Positions 55,573-64,000 of a DNA stretch of 64,000 bases are shown piece by piece. The stretch comes from an uncultured bacterium (GTDB lineage: Bacteria; Patescibacteriota; Saccharimonadia; UBA4664), in contig CAVRET010000002.1 in assembly GCA_963720265.1 (NCBI GenBank), positions 264,704 through 328,703 on the forward strand, given 5' to 3'. The notes under the pieces were generated by a model. It did not search any database. It was given only the letters and a program-made list of their open reading frames with translations, and was not told the origin of the DNA. The first letter of the stretch is position 1; each line of letters begins with the position of its first letter. Both the position numbers and the translations under genes were made by a program.

Positions 55573-56571
55573 TTATACCTTAGGCGAATTCACCGCCGGC
55601 ACGACCCTACTAAACTTCGCTTCGCTCGCATTGTAACGACGCTCGGCCAGTACCAAGAATACTGCTCCCAGGCCGACGCCAAACCACAGCGTGGCCGCAC
55701 GGATAATAATCGCCGCCAGCGCCGCCGTCCCGGTCGAAATCCCGAGCACTTTGAGCAGTCCAGTTAAGGCGCCTTCAGTCGTGCCGAGTCCCCCGGGTAA
55801 GAGCGTCACGGCGCCCACAATCGTCGAAAACGCATACACAAACATCGCCACCCACCACATTTGGTGCAACCCCAGGCCTGCGAGTGTCAGGTAAAACCCA
55901 GTCCCCTCGCAGCCCCATGCCACCACCGCGAGCAATATCGGCACAGTCACCCGCCGCCAGTCAAGCAATGTGGCCGACGATTCATACAACTGCTCCGCAT
56001 GCTCCATTTTCCGACCAATGCCGGGGGCGTGCTCCAGGTGTCGGAGCACCCACCGGCCCAACGGCCGAATCGCCAGCACCGCAAACAACAATGCTACCCC
56101 GACGCTCACCGCCCACACAAACGTCTCACCGTAGTGGTAGCTAAATACCCCGATCGCGCACAACAGCACGAGCGCAACCAAATCACTCAAACGGTCGGCC
56201 ACCACAATCGGCGCCGATCGCGTCACCGGCACCTCAAACCCTTCTTTCAAAAAGTGCGACCGCACCACTTCCCCGAGTTTGCTCGGCGTCAGCGACAACC
56301 CCAACCCGCTCATAAAAATAGTGAACGAGTCGCGCTGCGGCAACTTAAGCTTAAGTGTCCGCAGATAGTACTGCCATTTCAAGAACCGCATCCCGTAGTT
56401 GCCCAGCGAAAACATCAAAATAACCGGCAGATAGTCCCACTTAAAGCTCGCCAACTCGTGCTTGCCGGAGAGCAGCCAGATCGACACTGCCACATACAGC
56501 AGTACCCCGATTGCAATCGGCCAAATCGCCTTTGAGATCAGTCCCTTAAGTGAATAGTCGATGGTTGCCAT
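55573..56571 (-). CDS. UPF0104 / lysyl-phosphatidylglycerol-synthase-TM-like 'flippase-like' membrane protein
   Basis: 332 aa with ~8 TM helices. This architecture commonly accompanies GT2 polyprenyl-phosphate sugar transferases. Confidence 0.45.
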   Translation of the reverse strand: MATIDYSLKGLISKAIWPIAIGVLLYVAVSIWLLSGKHELASFKWDYLPVILMFSLGNYGMRFLKWQYYLRTLKLKLPQRDSFTIFMSGLGLSLTPSKLGEVVRSHFLKEGFEVPVTRSAPIVVADRLSDLVALVLLCAIGVFSYHYGETFVWAVSVGVALLFAVLAIRPLGRWVLRHLEHAPGIGRKMEHAEQLYESSATLLDWRRVTVPILLAVVAWGCEGTGFYLTLAGLGLHQMWWVAMFVYAFSTIVGAVTLLPGGLGTTEGALTGLLKVLGISTGTAALAAIIIRAATLWFGVGLGAVFLVLAERRYNASEAKFSRVVPAVNSPKV

Positions 56572-57442
56572 ACAGATAGATAAACACTACACTACCGATC
56601 CACACGGCGAGGCACAAGATGAGTGGCCGGTCGCTCACCGCCAGTTGTACCGGATCGCCGCCCTCGTTGCGGTTATACAACAGGTAATAATACCTCAGTA
56701 CGCCAAACACTACTATTGGCGTCGTATACACGAGTCGCTGGGTACCAAACCGCTTCACCACCTCTGGGTCAATCGTATAAAACGCATAAAACACCACCGC
56801 GATCCCGGCCGACAGCGCCAGCATTTGGTCAATAAAGCGATCGGTGTATTCAGTCGCCGACTTACGGTGCTTTTGCTTCTCGTCGGCGGGCAATCCCATC
56901 TCATCTTTGCGCTTGCCAAAAGCGATAAACAAAGCTCCAAAGAACGTGCACAGCAATATCCAGTGCGACAGTGGTACCCGAATCGCATATGCCCCGGCCA
57001 TCACCCGGATCACAAATCCCAGCGCCACAATCATCACATCGAGAATCGGCACATGCTTGAGCCACATCGAATAGGCCAGGTTCATGACCGCATACACCAC
57101 GGCCACCGCCAGGACCTTCACTCCCACCAGCGCCGCCACACCGAGGCCCAACGCAAACAACCCCACTCCCACTGCAAGCGCTGCTTTCACGCTAATCTTG
57201 CCGGCCGCAATCGGCCGCAGCCGCTTCTTGGGGTGGTGCCGATCACTTTCGCGGTCGGCGATATCATTAATCACGTACACGGCCGAACTCAGCGCGCAAA
57301 ACGCTAGTATTGCCATGAGCAGCCGCACTAGATTCTCAAGCGTATAGGCAAACGCAAACACCATTGGCGCCGCTAGCAACAGATTCTTAATCCAATGCTT
57401 CGGCCGCAGCAGCTTAATCCAGTCCACAATCATTACTCTCAA
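56546..57442 (-). CDS. UbiA-family prenyltransferase, decaprenyl-phosphate phosphoribosyltransferase (DPPR synthase)-like
   Basis: LLRPKHWIKNLLL N-terminal motif and Asp-rich NDIADRESD motif. 298 aa with 8-9 TM helices. Confidence 0.7.
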   Translation of the reverse strand: MRVMIVDWIKLLRPKHWIKNLLLAAPMVFAFAYTLENLVRLLMAILAFCALSSAVYVINDIADRESDRHHPKKRLRPIAAGKISVKAALAVGVGLFALGLGVAALVGVKVLAVAVVYAVMNLAYSMWLKHVPILDVMIVALGFVIRVMAGAYAIRVPLSHWILLCTFFGALFIAFGKRKDEMGLPADEKQKHRKSATEYTDRFIDQMLALSAGIAVVFYAFYTIDPEVVKRFGTQRLVYTTPIVVFGVLRYYYLLYNRNEGGDPVQLAVSDRPLILCLAVWIGSVVFIYLYGNHRLFT

Positions 57443-57491
57443 GGTATCACAATCCGCACCGGCCTTGCCCCATCTGCCTGATCAAAGATGA

Positions 57492-59141
57492 TTGTTTGGG
57501 CACAAGCGCTTTGATATGCTCGAAACTACGATGCTCCACAGATCAATGCGCAAACTCCGCCACAGCGTCGCCCAGTATGGCTCATGGCCCTATCGCACTA
57601 TTACGCTGTTTATCGCCCCGATCCTAGCGCTAGCAGTCTTATTGCCCAACGCCTGGATTTCCGACGACGCCTATATTTCCCTTCGCGCCGCCAAAAATCT
57701 GCTACTTGGCTATGGTCCAACATTCAATATTTCAGAGCGCGTCCAGGTATTCACACATCCGCTGTGGATGGTACCGCTCACCCTGTCACAGGCGCTGTTC
57801 CCGCACCACACAGCGATCGCGGTCATGGGCTTTGGCATTGCCTTTACCCTTGCAGCCATGATTATCTTCTTGCGTGATATTAAGCCGATTTGGCTCATTG
57901 CGCTCACCACGTTGCTCATGCTCTCGTCCAAAGCCTTCATTGATTTTTCAACTTCCGGCCTGGAAAACCCCCTGCTCTATGTGCTCATTGTCTTATTTGC
58001 GCACGAATATCTGGGCAAACAACGCGTGTTTCGGCTCGCCCTGCTGGCGTCCCTGGCTGCCACCACGCGGGCTGATGCCGCGCTCCTCTTCGTTCCAGCC
58101 TTTTTTCCGCTCATTTGGGGACACTGGCGTGAGCGCGCGTTCTGGGTCGATTTGGCCAAGGGTATGCTGCCATTGATAATCTGGGAACTATTTTCAGCCA
58201 CCTATTTTGGCTACCTGTTACCAAATACGGTTTACGCCAAAGTAAACACCGGTTTCCCGCATTCGGTGCTGTATCTGCACGGCTGGTATTATCTGCAAAA
58301 CTCGTTTGATATCGACAAAGTCACGTTGCCCATTATTGTGCTGGGCATGCTTGCCGGCCTGGTTGAGCGAAATATGCGCAAGCTACTGCTATCGGCCGGG
58401 ATTATTCTTTACTTCATTGCGCTGTTCGGAGCCGGTGGCGACTACATGAGCGGCCGCTTTCTAGCCGTGCCGTTTGTGCTGTCGCTCTATCTCGTTGTGT
58501 CATGGTTTCAGGCCTGGCCGAAGCATCAGCGACGTCTCCTCATGCCGCTTGCCGCCATCTTAGCGCTCGTGGCAGTGTTCACCCCGGCTTCACCCATCGT
58601 GCACCCGCTCGCTAGCACCGTTAATCTAAGTCGCGACCACATCCAAGACAAACATCGGATTGCTGACGAAGGCCGGTTCTGGTGCCCCTGGAACTGCCTC
58701 TATGATCTCAAAAACCAATCAAGCAACCCGTACTATCAGGTCGGTGCTGAAGCTCAAAGTCAAAGCTTCACCGTGTTTCCGAGCATTGGACTGGTTGGCT
58801 ATATGGCGAACCCCAAAACCTTTATCGTTGACCCCTTGGCGCTGGCTGACCCGCTCCTCTCGCACCTGCCCGCGATTCCCGGCTCGCGCATCGGCCATTT
58901 TGAACGTACCATTCCTCAAGGCTACCTGGCCACGCTCCAGACCGGCCGCAACGTCATCGCGGATCCGTGCATCCGCCGGCTATATGATGACATCCACCCA
59001 GTGGTAACCGGCCCCCTGTTCACCGTCCAGCGCTTCAAAAAAATCGTGAAGGTTAACCTTGGCATCAGCGACCGCGAATACGCGCAATGTGAGCAGGCGG
59101 CCGCACGCAAGTCGGTCCCTCATGCCAAACCTTCGGCCTAA
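57492..59141 (+). CDS. polytopic membrane protein, GT-C-fold glycosyltransferase-like (arabinofuranosyl/mannosyl-transferase-like)
   Basis: 549 aa, ~12 TM helices in the N-terminal two-thirds, soluble C-terminal domain. Confidence 0.45.
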   Translation: MFGHKRFDMLETTMLHRSMRKLRHSVAQYGSWPYRTITLFIAPILALAVLLPNAWISDDAYISLRAAKNLLLGYGPTFNISERVQVFTHPLWMVPLTLSQALFPHHTAIAVMGFGIAFTLAAMIIFLRDIKPIWLIALTTLLMLSSKAFIDFSTSGLENPLLYVLIVLFAHEYLGKQRVFRLALLASLAATTRADAALLFVPAFFPLIWGHWRERAFWVDLAKGMLPLIIWELFSATYFGYLLPNTVYAKVNTGFPHSVLYLHGWYYLQNSFDIDKVTLPIIVLGMLAGLVERNMRKLLLSAGIILYFIALFGAGGDYMSGRFLAVPFVLSLYLVVSWFQAWPKHQRRLLMPLAAILALVAVFTPASPIVHPLASTVNLSRDHIQDKHRIADEGRFWCPWNCLYDLKNQSSNPYYQVGAEAQSQSFTVFPSIGLVGYMANPKTFIVDPLALADPLLSHLPAIPGSRIGHFERTIPQGYLATLQTGRNVIADPCIRRLYDDIHPVVTGPLFTVQRFKKIVKVNLGISDREYAQCEQAAARKSVPHAKPSA

Positions 59142-60094
59142 TCTTCGTCGCGAACCACGTATAACGGCCGATTTTGAGCCTCGGTATGAATGCTCTCAAT
59201 ATAGAGGGCCAACAAGCCCTGGCACACGAGCACGATACCTACCAGAAAACTTAGGAATACCGCCAGTGCGGCCGTTCCGGTAATTGCCAGATGCAGTGGA
59301 TCGTGCAGCAAGTATTTCTCCACCAGAATAAAAAGCCCCAATACGAGCGACACCGCTGTCACAATCGCGCCAATCACACCGCTGAATTGCAGCGGCTTGG
59401 TCGACTGCGACACAAACGTATGCAGCGCCAGCCGCACCAGCTTGTGGAAGTCATAGCCGGCCGGACCCTCGGCCCGGGCATTGGCATGAAATGGTATGTA
59501 GGCCCGCTCAAACCCAAGCCAATCAATCAATCCGCGCGTAATGCGCGTTCGCTCGGTTAGCTCATTAAATTTGTCTACCACCAGCCGGTCGATCAGCCGG
59601 AAATCAGTCTCGCCCCTCACCGCGCTGCCGTCAGTGAGTGGTCTGAGCAGCCAGTTAAACACCCTGGAGCCATAGCGCTTTACCCAGCCCTCGTCCCGGT
59701 TTGACTTGCGCACGCCGATCACCACATCCGCCCCGGCGCGCCATTTCTCCACAAACTGCTCAATCAGCTCCAGCGGAAACTGCCCGTCGGCGTCAAATAA
59801 CACTACCGCGTCACCGGTCGCCTTCTTAAGGCCCGCGCTGGTAGCCGCCTCTTTGCCAAAATTGCGAGAAAAAACCACAAACCGCACATGCTTGTCGGCC
59901 GCCGTCAACTCACGGATCACCGCCTCCGTCCCGTCTGTGCCGCCGTCGCTTACATACACGATCTCATACTGCCAACCATGACCGGCCAAAAACTCCGTTA
60001 TGTGCGGGTAAAAATGTTTAATATTAGCCGCCTCGTTAAACGCCGGAACGACCAGGCTGATTGTCGGCTTTTCAGGTCTTGGCACAAGTTTCAC
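59138..60094 (-). CDS. GT2 polyprenyl-phosphate glycosyltransferase (Dpm1/GtrB/ArnC-like) with two C-terminal TM helices
   Basis: LVVPAFNEAANI, DxD-type VSDGGTDGT / FDADGQ, C-terminal TM pair. 318 aa. Confidence 0.8.
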   Translation of the reverse strand: MKLVPRPEKPTISLVVPAFNEAANIKHFYPHITEFLAGHGWQYEIVYVSDGGTDGTEAVIRELTAADKHVRFVVFSRNFGKEAATSAGLKKATGDAVVLFDADGQFPLELIEQFVEKWRAGADVVIGVRKSNRDEGWVKRYGSRVFNWLLRPLTDGSAVRGETDFRLIDRLVVDKFNELTERTRITRGLIDWLGFERAYIPFHANARAEGPAGYDFHKLVRLALHTFVSQSTKPLQFSGVIGAIVTAVSLVLGLFILVEKYLLHDPLHLAITGTAALAVFLSFLVGIVLVCQGLLALYIESIHTEAQNRPLYVVRDED

Positions 60095-60150
60095 TTCACT
60101 TAGTTAACCTGATACTACCACGAGCGCCTTCATGGTAAAATTTTGACCAA

Positions 60151-62259
60151 ATGGTGGAAACCGCGCGCGAAATTCTGACTGCGACCCCTAGGCGCCGCAC
60201 GCTCACGTTGTTTATCGGCGTGAGCCTCTTGTTTGCTCTCATCACGTGGTACTACATGGGCTCGGCGCTAAATTCGTGCAACACACACATGCTTACCACG
60301 CTGCCGGGCGATGCCACTGCCGGCCTGACCTGGCTGACGTGGGTTGACAAATCAAGTCCCGTCCCCGGCTTCACCCATCTCACCAATGCACCGTTTGGCG
60401 AAAGCCTGCGCCAGCCATTCCAAATTACCTCGGTCTTCACCATCCCCACCATGTGGCTTCTGGCCAAACTCTCAACCCCCACCTGCGCTTGGAATCTCAT
60501 GGTGTTCCTCGGTTATATGAGCTCAGCGCTCATTGGCTTTGGCTTCATCCGTTGGCTCACGCGTAACTCCTGGGTGGCGCTCTTTGCCGGTTTTGCCGTC
60601 ACCTACACGCCGTATCACATCTTAAACGCCCTCGGCCACCTATCGTATATGTTCAGCGCGGTATTAATGCTCTTTATGTGGGCCTTTGTGGCCTTTTGGC
60701 AACGCCCCACCACGCTGCGCGCCGGCTTCATGGCTGTGGCAGCAGCAGCCTGCTTCTACCTCGACGGCTACTTTATTCTTCTCGGGAGCGTCCTAGCCGG
60801 CTCAGTGCTTGCAGCGGCACTCATTGGTGACACCGTTATATACAAACATCCCGCCGAATATGTCCTGCAGCGGCTGCGCGGATTGTTGCTCTACGGCGCA
60901 TTTCTGATCGTACTCCTGCTGCCGATCGCAGCCGTACAGCTCCACTACGCGCATACCATTAGCACAACTCTCGGCAGTCAGCGCAATGATATAGCTGATG
61001 AAAGCCGCACCTATTCGGCCCGGGTCCTCGACTACTTCCTGCCGGCCGCCAATGACCCCTTCCTGCCAGCATCGTTCGGCACTTTTAGGACTAATCCAAA
61101 AATCATTCACGGCTCAAACTTCACCGAAAGCACGATCTACATCGGGATTGTCGTGCTGGCGCTGGCAATATATCTGTGGGTCACGTTGATCCGGCGGCGC
61201 GTCAGCACTACCCTGCGCGGGCTGCCGATTACCTTTTTGGCCGGGGTAACAACCGTTGGGCTTGCTGCCGGATTCTTTATTAGCCTTCCGCCGCACCTAC
61301 TTTTGTTCGGCCATCTCGTTCCCATGCCGTCTGACGTAATCATTCACTTTTCGGCGCTCTGGCGAGTATTCGCAAGACTCTACCTGGTGGTTGAAACCTG
61401 TCTGGTCATCTTGGCTGCCCTCGGCTTTTTCCTGCTCATCCGCTACTGGTCGCCGCGACGGCAAATGATCGCCACCATCGTGCTTATACTGCTCGTGGCC
61501 TGCGACTACGCCACGGTGTCACGCGCCCGCACCTGGCAGTTTGCCTTCTCGCCCGCCGTCTACAGTTGGCTAAAGACGCAGCCGGGGATCCACACCATTG
61601 CCGAATATCCTCTCAGTGAGCCACCCTCTCAAGGTATCAGCGATTACCTGACCTATCAGCAAGTGAGCGGCAAAGCCATCATTAACACCCAAGACGCCTC
61701 CAGCCCAGAACGCCAGCTCCAATTAAGCATCGAGGGCCTCGCCGACCCTCAGACCCTGCCGGTTTTACGAGCACTCGGCGCGCAATTGGTGCTTGAGCAT
61801 CACGATAAAGCGCCGGTCATTCCCGGCCTCACCTTCCTGCGTTTCGATAAAGCCCGCTTCGATATCGGCGTCACCCTCTACGACCAGGTCTGGACCTACC
61901 GCATCGACCCCGGCCCGGTCGCGCAATATGCGGCTGTGGCGGCGCAGGGCTTTCACGATCCAGTCGTCGACGCGTCGTTACACAGTGTTACCGGCATGGG
62001 TGACCTGGGTGTAATTACGCTCCAGCAACTTGGCCATACCAAAGCCAACACCGTGCACGTGAGCTTTACCGCCGACTCAGTGCGCGGTGACAAGTTTGTG
62101 ACTGTGGCCCAGAACGGGGTTGTACGCTGGCAGGGTGAGGTCACCCAAGGAACCCAGGTCGCGTTCGACGCCGACTCCACGCTGCCCATCGACGTCATCC
62201 CGTACCACCCCTCTAGCTTTGAATCGTTACAAATCTATGATCTTGCAGCCACTCCATGA
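60151..62259 (+). CDS. large polytopic membrane protein with C-terminal extracytoplasmic domain (GT-C/YfhO-like)
   Basis: 702 aa, at least 12 TM helices in the first ~470 aa, then a soluble ~230-aa domain. Confidence 0.45.
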   Translation: MVETAREILTATPRRRTLTLFIGVSLLFALITWYYMGSALNSCNTHMLTTLPGDATAGLTWLTWVDKSSPVPGFTHLTNAPFGESLRQPFQITSVFTIPTMWLLAKLSTPTCAWNLMVFLGYMSSALIGFGFIRWLTRNSWVALFAGFAVTYTPYHILNALGHLSYMFSAVLMLFMWAFVAFWQRPTTLRAGFMAVAAAACFYLDGYFILLGSVLAGSVLAAALIGDTVIYKHPAEYVLQRLRGLLLYGAFLIVLLLPIAAVQLHYAHTISTTLGSQRNDIADESRTYSARVLDYFLPAANDPFLPASFGTFRTNPKIIHGSNFTESTIYIGIVVLALAIYLWVTLIRRRVSTTLRGLPITFLAGVTTVGLAAGFFISLPPHLLLFGHLVPMPSDVIIHFSALWRVFARLYLVVETCLVILAALGFFLLIRYWSPRRQMIATIVLILLVACDYATVSRARTWQFAFSPAVYSWLKTQPGIHTIAEYPLSEPPSQGISDYLTYQQVSGKAIINTQDASSPERQLQLSIEGLADPQTLPVLRALGAQLVLEHHDKAPVIPGLTFLRFDKARFDIGVTLYDQVWTYRIDPGPVAQYAAVAAQGFHDPVVDASLHSVTGMGDLGVITLQQLGHTKANTVHVSFTADSVRGDKFVTVAQNGVVRWQGEVTQGTQVAFDADSTLPIDVIPYHPSSFESLQIYDLAATP

Positions 62260-63368
62260 AAATCCTCTGGCTGACCTGGAAAGACCGCGAACACCCGCAG
62301 GCCGGCGGCGCCGAGGTCGTCAATGAACAGTTGGCCAAGCGTCTCGTAGCCGCCGGACACGAAGTTAAATTTGTGGTCGCTGGCTTTACCGGTGCAGCAT
62401 CCACAGGCACTCGCGACGGCTTCACCGTCGTCCGCCTCGGCAATCGCTACACTGTCTACTTTGCGGCCTGGCGCTACTACTGCAAGCAACTCAAAGCCTG
62501 GCCAGATCTCGTAATCGATGAAGTGAACACAGTACCATTCTTTGCCAGATTCTACGTTGGGCAGCCGGTCGTAACGTTCTTTCACATGCTCTGCCGCGAA
62601 ATCTGGTTTTACCAAATGATCTTCCCATTTAGCCTTATCGGATATCTAGCCGAGCCACTTTATCTGCGCTTCCTGCGCGGCCTTACCACGATCGCGATGT
62701 CGGGTAGTACCAAAAGTGATCTTGCCCGCCACGGCTTGCGCGGGCAAGACATCAGCGTGATCTCCGAAGGCATTGAACTGCGTCCGATAACCAACCCGGC
62801 AGCCGTTGCCAAAGCTGCCGAGCTAACGGTCCTAGCACTCGGGGCAATTAGGCCCATGAAGCGCACTTTGCATCAACTGAGGGCTTTTGAGCTCGCCAAA
62901 CGCGACCTGCCCGCACTCAAACTCATTATCGCCGGCGCGCCCGAGGGCCGTTACGGCCGGCGTGTTACCAAGGCCGTGGCTCGCAGTGCATTTCGCACCG
63001 ACATCACTATCCTCGGGCGCGTCAGCGAAGACGAGAAGATCGAACTACTGCAAACGTCTCATGCTATCCTCGTCACAGCCGTGAAAGAAGGCTGGGGCCT
63101 CACTGTTACCGAAGCCGCTAGCCAAGGCACGCCGGCCGTCGTTTACGATGTCGACGGCTTGCGTGACAGCGTGCGCGCCGGTATTACCGGCCTTATTACG
63201 CCGGCAAGCCCGGCCGACCTCGCCGCCGCCCTGGTAACATTGCTCCGTGACCCGGCTCATTATGCCGTTATCCGCACTGCCGCCTGGGAGTGGAGCCGCG
63301 CTATCACTTTCGACCAATGCTACAGTGGTTTTATGAAAGCCGTCGCCCATGTCGTCCAGCCGGGATAA
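62256..63368 (+). CDS. glycosyltransferase family 4
   Basis: MKILWLTWKDREHPQAGGAEV N-terminus and C-terminal GT-B EX7E region (VKEGWGLTVTEAASQGTPAVV). Confidence 0.8.
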   Translation: MKILWLTWKDREHPQAGGAEVVNEQLAKRLVAAGHEVKFVVAGFTGAASTGTRDGFTVVRLGNRYTVYFAAWRYYCKQLKAWPDLVIDEVNTVPFFARFYVGQPVVTFFHMLCREIWFYQMIFPFSLIGYLAEPLYLRFLRGLTTIAMSGSTKSDLARHGLRGQDISVISEGIELRPITNPAAVAKAAELTVLALGAIRPMKRTLHQLRAFELAKRDLPALKLIIAGAPEGRYGRRVTKAVARSAFRTDITILGRVSEDEKIELLQTSHAILVTAVKEGWGLTVTEAASQGTPAVVYDVDGLRDSVRAGITGLITPASPADLAAALVTLLRDPAHYAVIRTAAWEWSRAITFDQCYSGFMKAVAHVVQPG

Positions 63369-64000
63369 GCCACTCGTATCAGTCATTGTTCCCACACTCA
63401 ACGGCACCGCCGCCGGCCTCGCGCGGTGCTTGCAGTCCGTTAAGGATCAAACTTATCAGCCAATTGAGCTCATCGTCGTCGTGCACCCGCGCACCAAAGA
63501 CAACTCGGAGGCCGTTGCTCGCGAATTTACTGACAAGGTCTATATTCAAGGACCGGAGCGCTCGGCTCAGGTCAATTTCGGCGTCGCAAAGGCAACCGGT
63601 AAATACGTTTATAAAATTGATGACGACTTCACGCTTGCGCCCACGGTGGTGGCCGAATGCGTTGCCCAGGCCGAAGCCGGCGCCGATGCGGTGGTCGTTC
63701 ACAATACACCGGACGCCGGCGTCAGCTGGATCGCCCGGATTCGCAAGTTTGAGGTTGATATGTACAAATACGACCTCACCCACAGCTCGGCCCGGTTTGT
63801 AAGCAAAGCGGCCTACGAGGCTGTCGGCGGCTTTAATTCGGCCATCACCGCTGGCGAGGATTACGACTTTCAAAACAAACTGGTCCGCGCCGGCTATAAA
63901 ACCGCCTTCGTTGACGCCGAAGCCATTCACCACGGCGAACCCAAAAAGCTCTGGCCGCATCTGAAGAAGTTCTATTTATACGGCAAAAACTTTAATCACT
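63349..64000 (+). CDS. glycosyltransferase family 2, partial (runs off the window end)
   Basis: My translation from the ATG at 63349 gives MSSSRDKPLVSVIVPTLNGTAAGLARCLQSVKDQTYQPIELIVVVH...GEDYDF, a GT-A signature. No stop before 64000. Confidence 0.75.
   Translation, partial: MSSSRDKPLVSVIVPTLNGTAAGLARCLQSVKDQTYQPIELIVVVHPRTKDNSEAVAREFTDKVYIQGPERSAQVNFGVAKATGKYVYKIDDDFTLAPTVVAECVAQAEAGADAVVVHNTPDAGVSWIARIRKFEVDMYKYDLTHSSARFVSKAAYEAVGGFNSAITAGEDYDFQNKLVRAGYKTAFVDAEAIHHGEPKKLWPHLKKFYLYGKNFNH

Noticed and set aside
53521-57307. Plus-strand ORFs of 240, 224 and 248 aa across the glycosyltransferase cluster
   Set aside because: Antisense to the GT4, PHP, UPF0104 and UbiA genes, which have clear family motifs. 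Their composition is His/Arg/Pro-rich.

Overview
This is a high-GC (~60%), gene-dense bacterial chromosomal window that spans the replication origin and contains a ~18 kb locus resembling a Gram-positive-type type IV secretion system (T4SS). The origin side reads DUF721/DciA-like<-recF<-dnaN<-Clp-N ORF->...<-dnaA | rpmH->rnpA->yidC->jag. Elsewhere there are housekeeping genes (groES-groEL with a CIRCE operator, valS, tsaD, a TsaC-HIT fusion, xthA, a PMM/PGM-family mutase, an arginase-family enzyme), a cell-wall block (Mur-ligase homolog, DUF218, two FemAB paralogs), five tRNAs, a low-GC ricin-lectin/FN3 surface protein gene, and a distal cell-envelope glycan cluster (GT4/GT2 transferases, UbiA-family prenyl/DPPR-synthase-like enzyme, PHP phosphoesterase, SDR epimerase, two GT-C-like polytopic proteins). 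The standout is the T4SS-like locus at 27.2-45.2 kb, immediately next to recF/dnaN/dnaA. It has five tandem paralogous small two-TM pilin-like proteins, each with a Cys pair and a shared GGL(R/Q)Y(V/I)xSxGDP loop motif, divergent from a 2221-aa secreted, polytopic (VirB6-like) giant protein with a ~1600-aa charged Ala/Arg/Glu-rich tail. Downstream are a PrgI/VirB3-like protein, a VirB4 ATPase that is apparently split into two coupled ORFs (TAATG overlap), a 964-aa polytopic protein, a secreted lytic-transglycosylase (VirB1-like) protein and a TM-anchored PD40/TolB-like protein. No relaxase, VirD4 coupling protein, integrase or transposase is visible, so it looks like a chromosomal, non-conjugative T4SS-like apparatus. 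I saw no CRISPR, rRNA or IS elements. All domain calls rest on motif recognition by eye and need HMM or BLAST confirmation.
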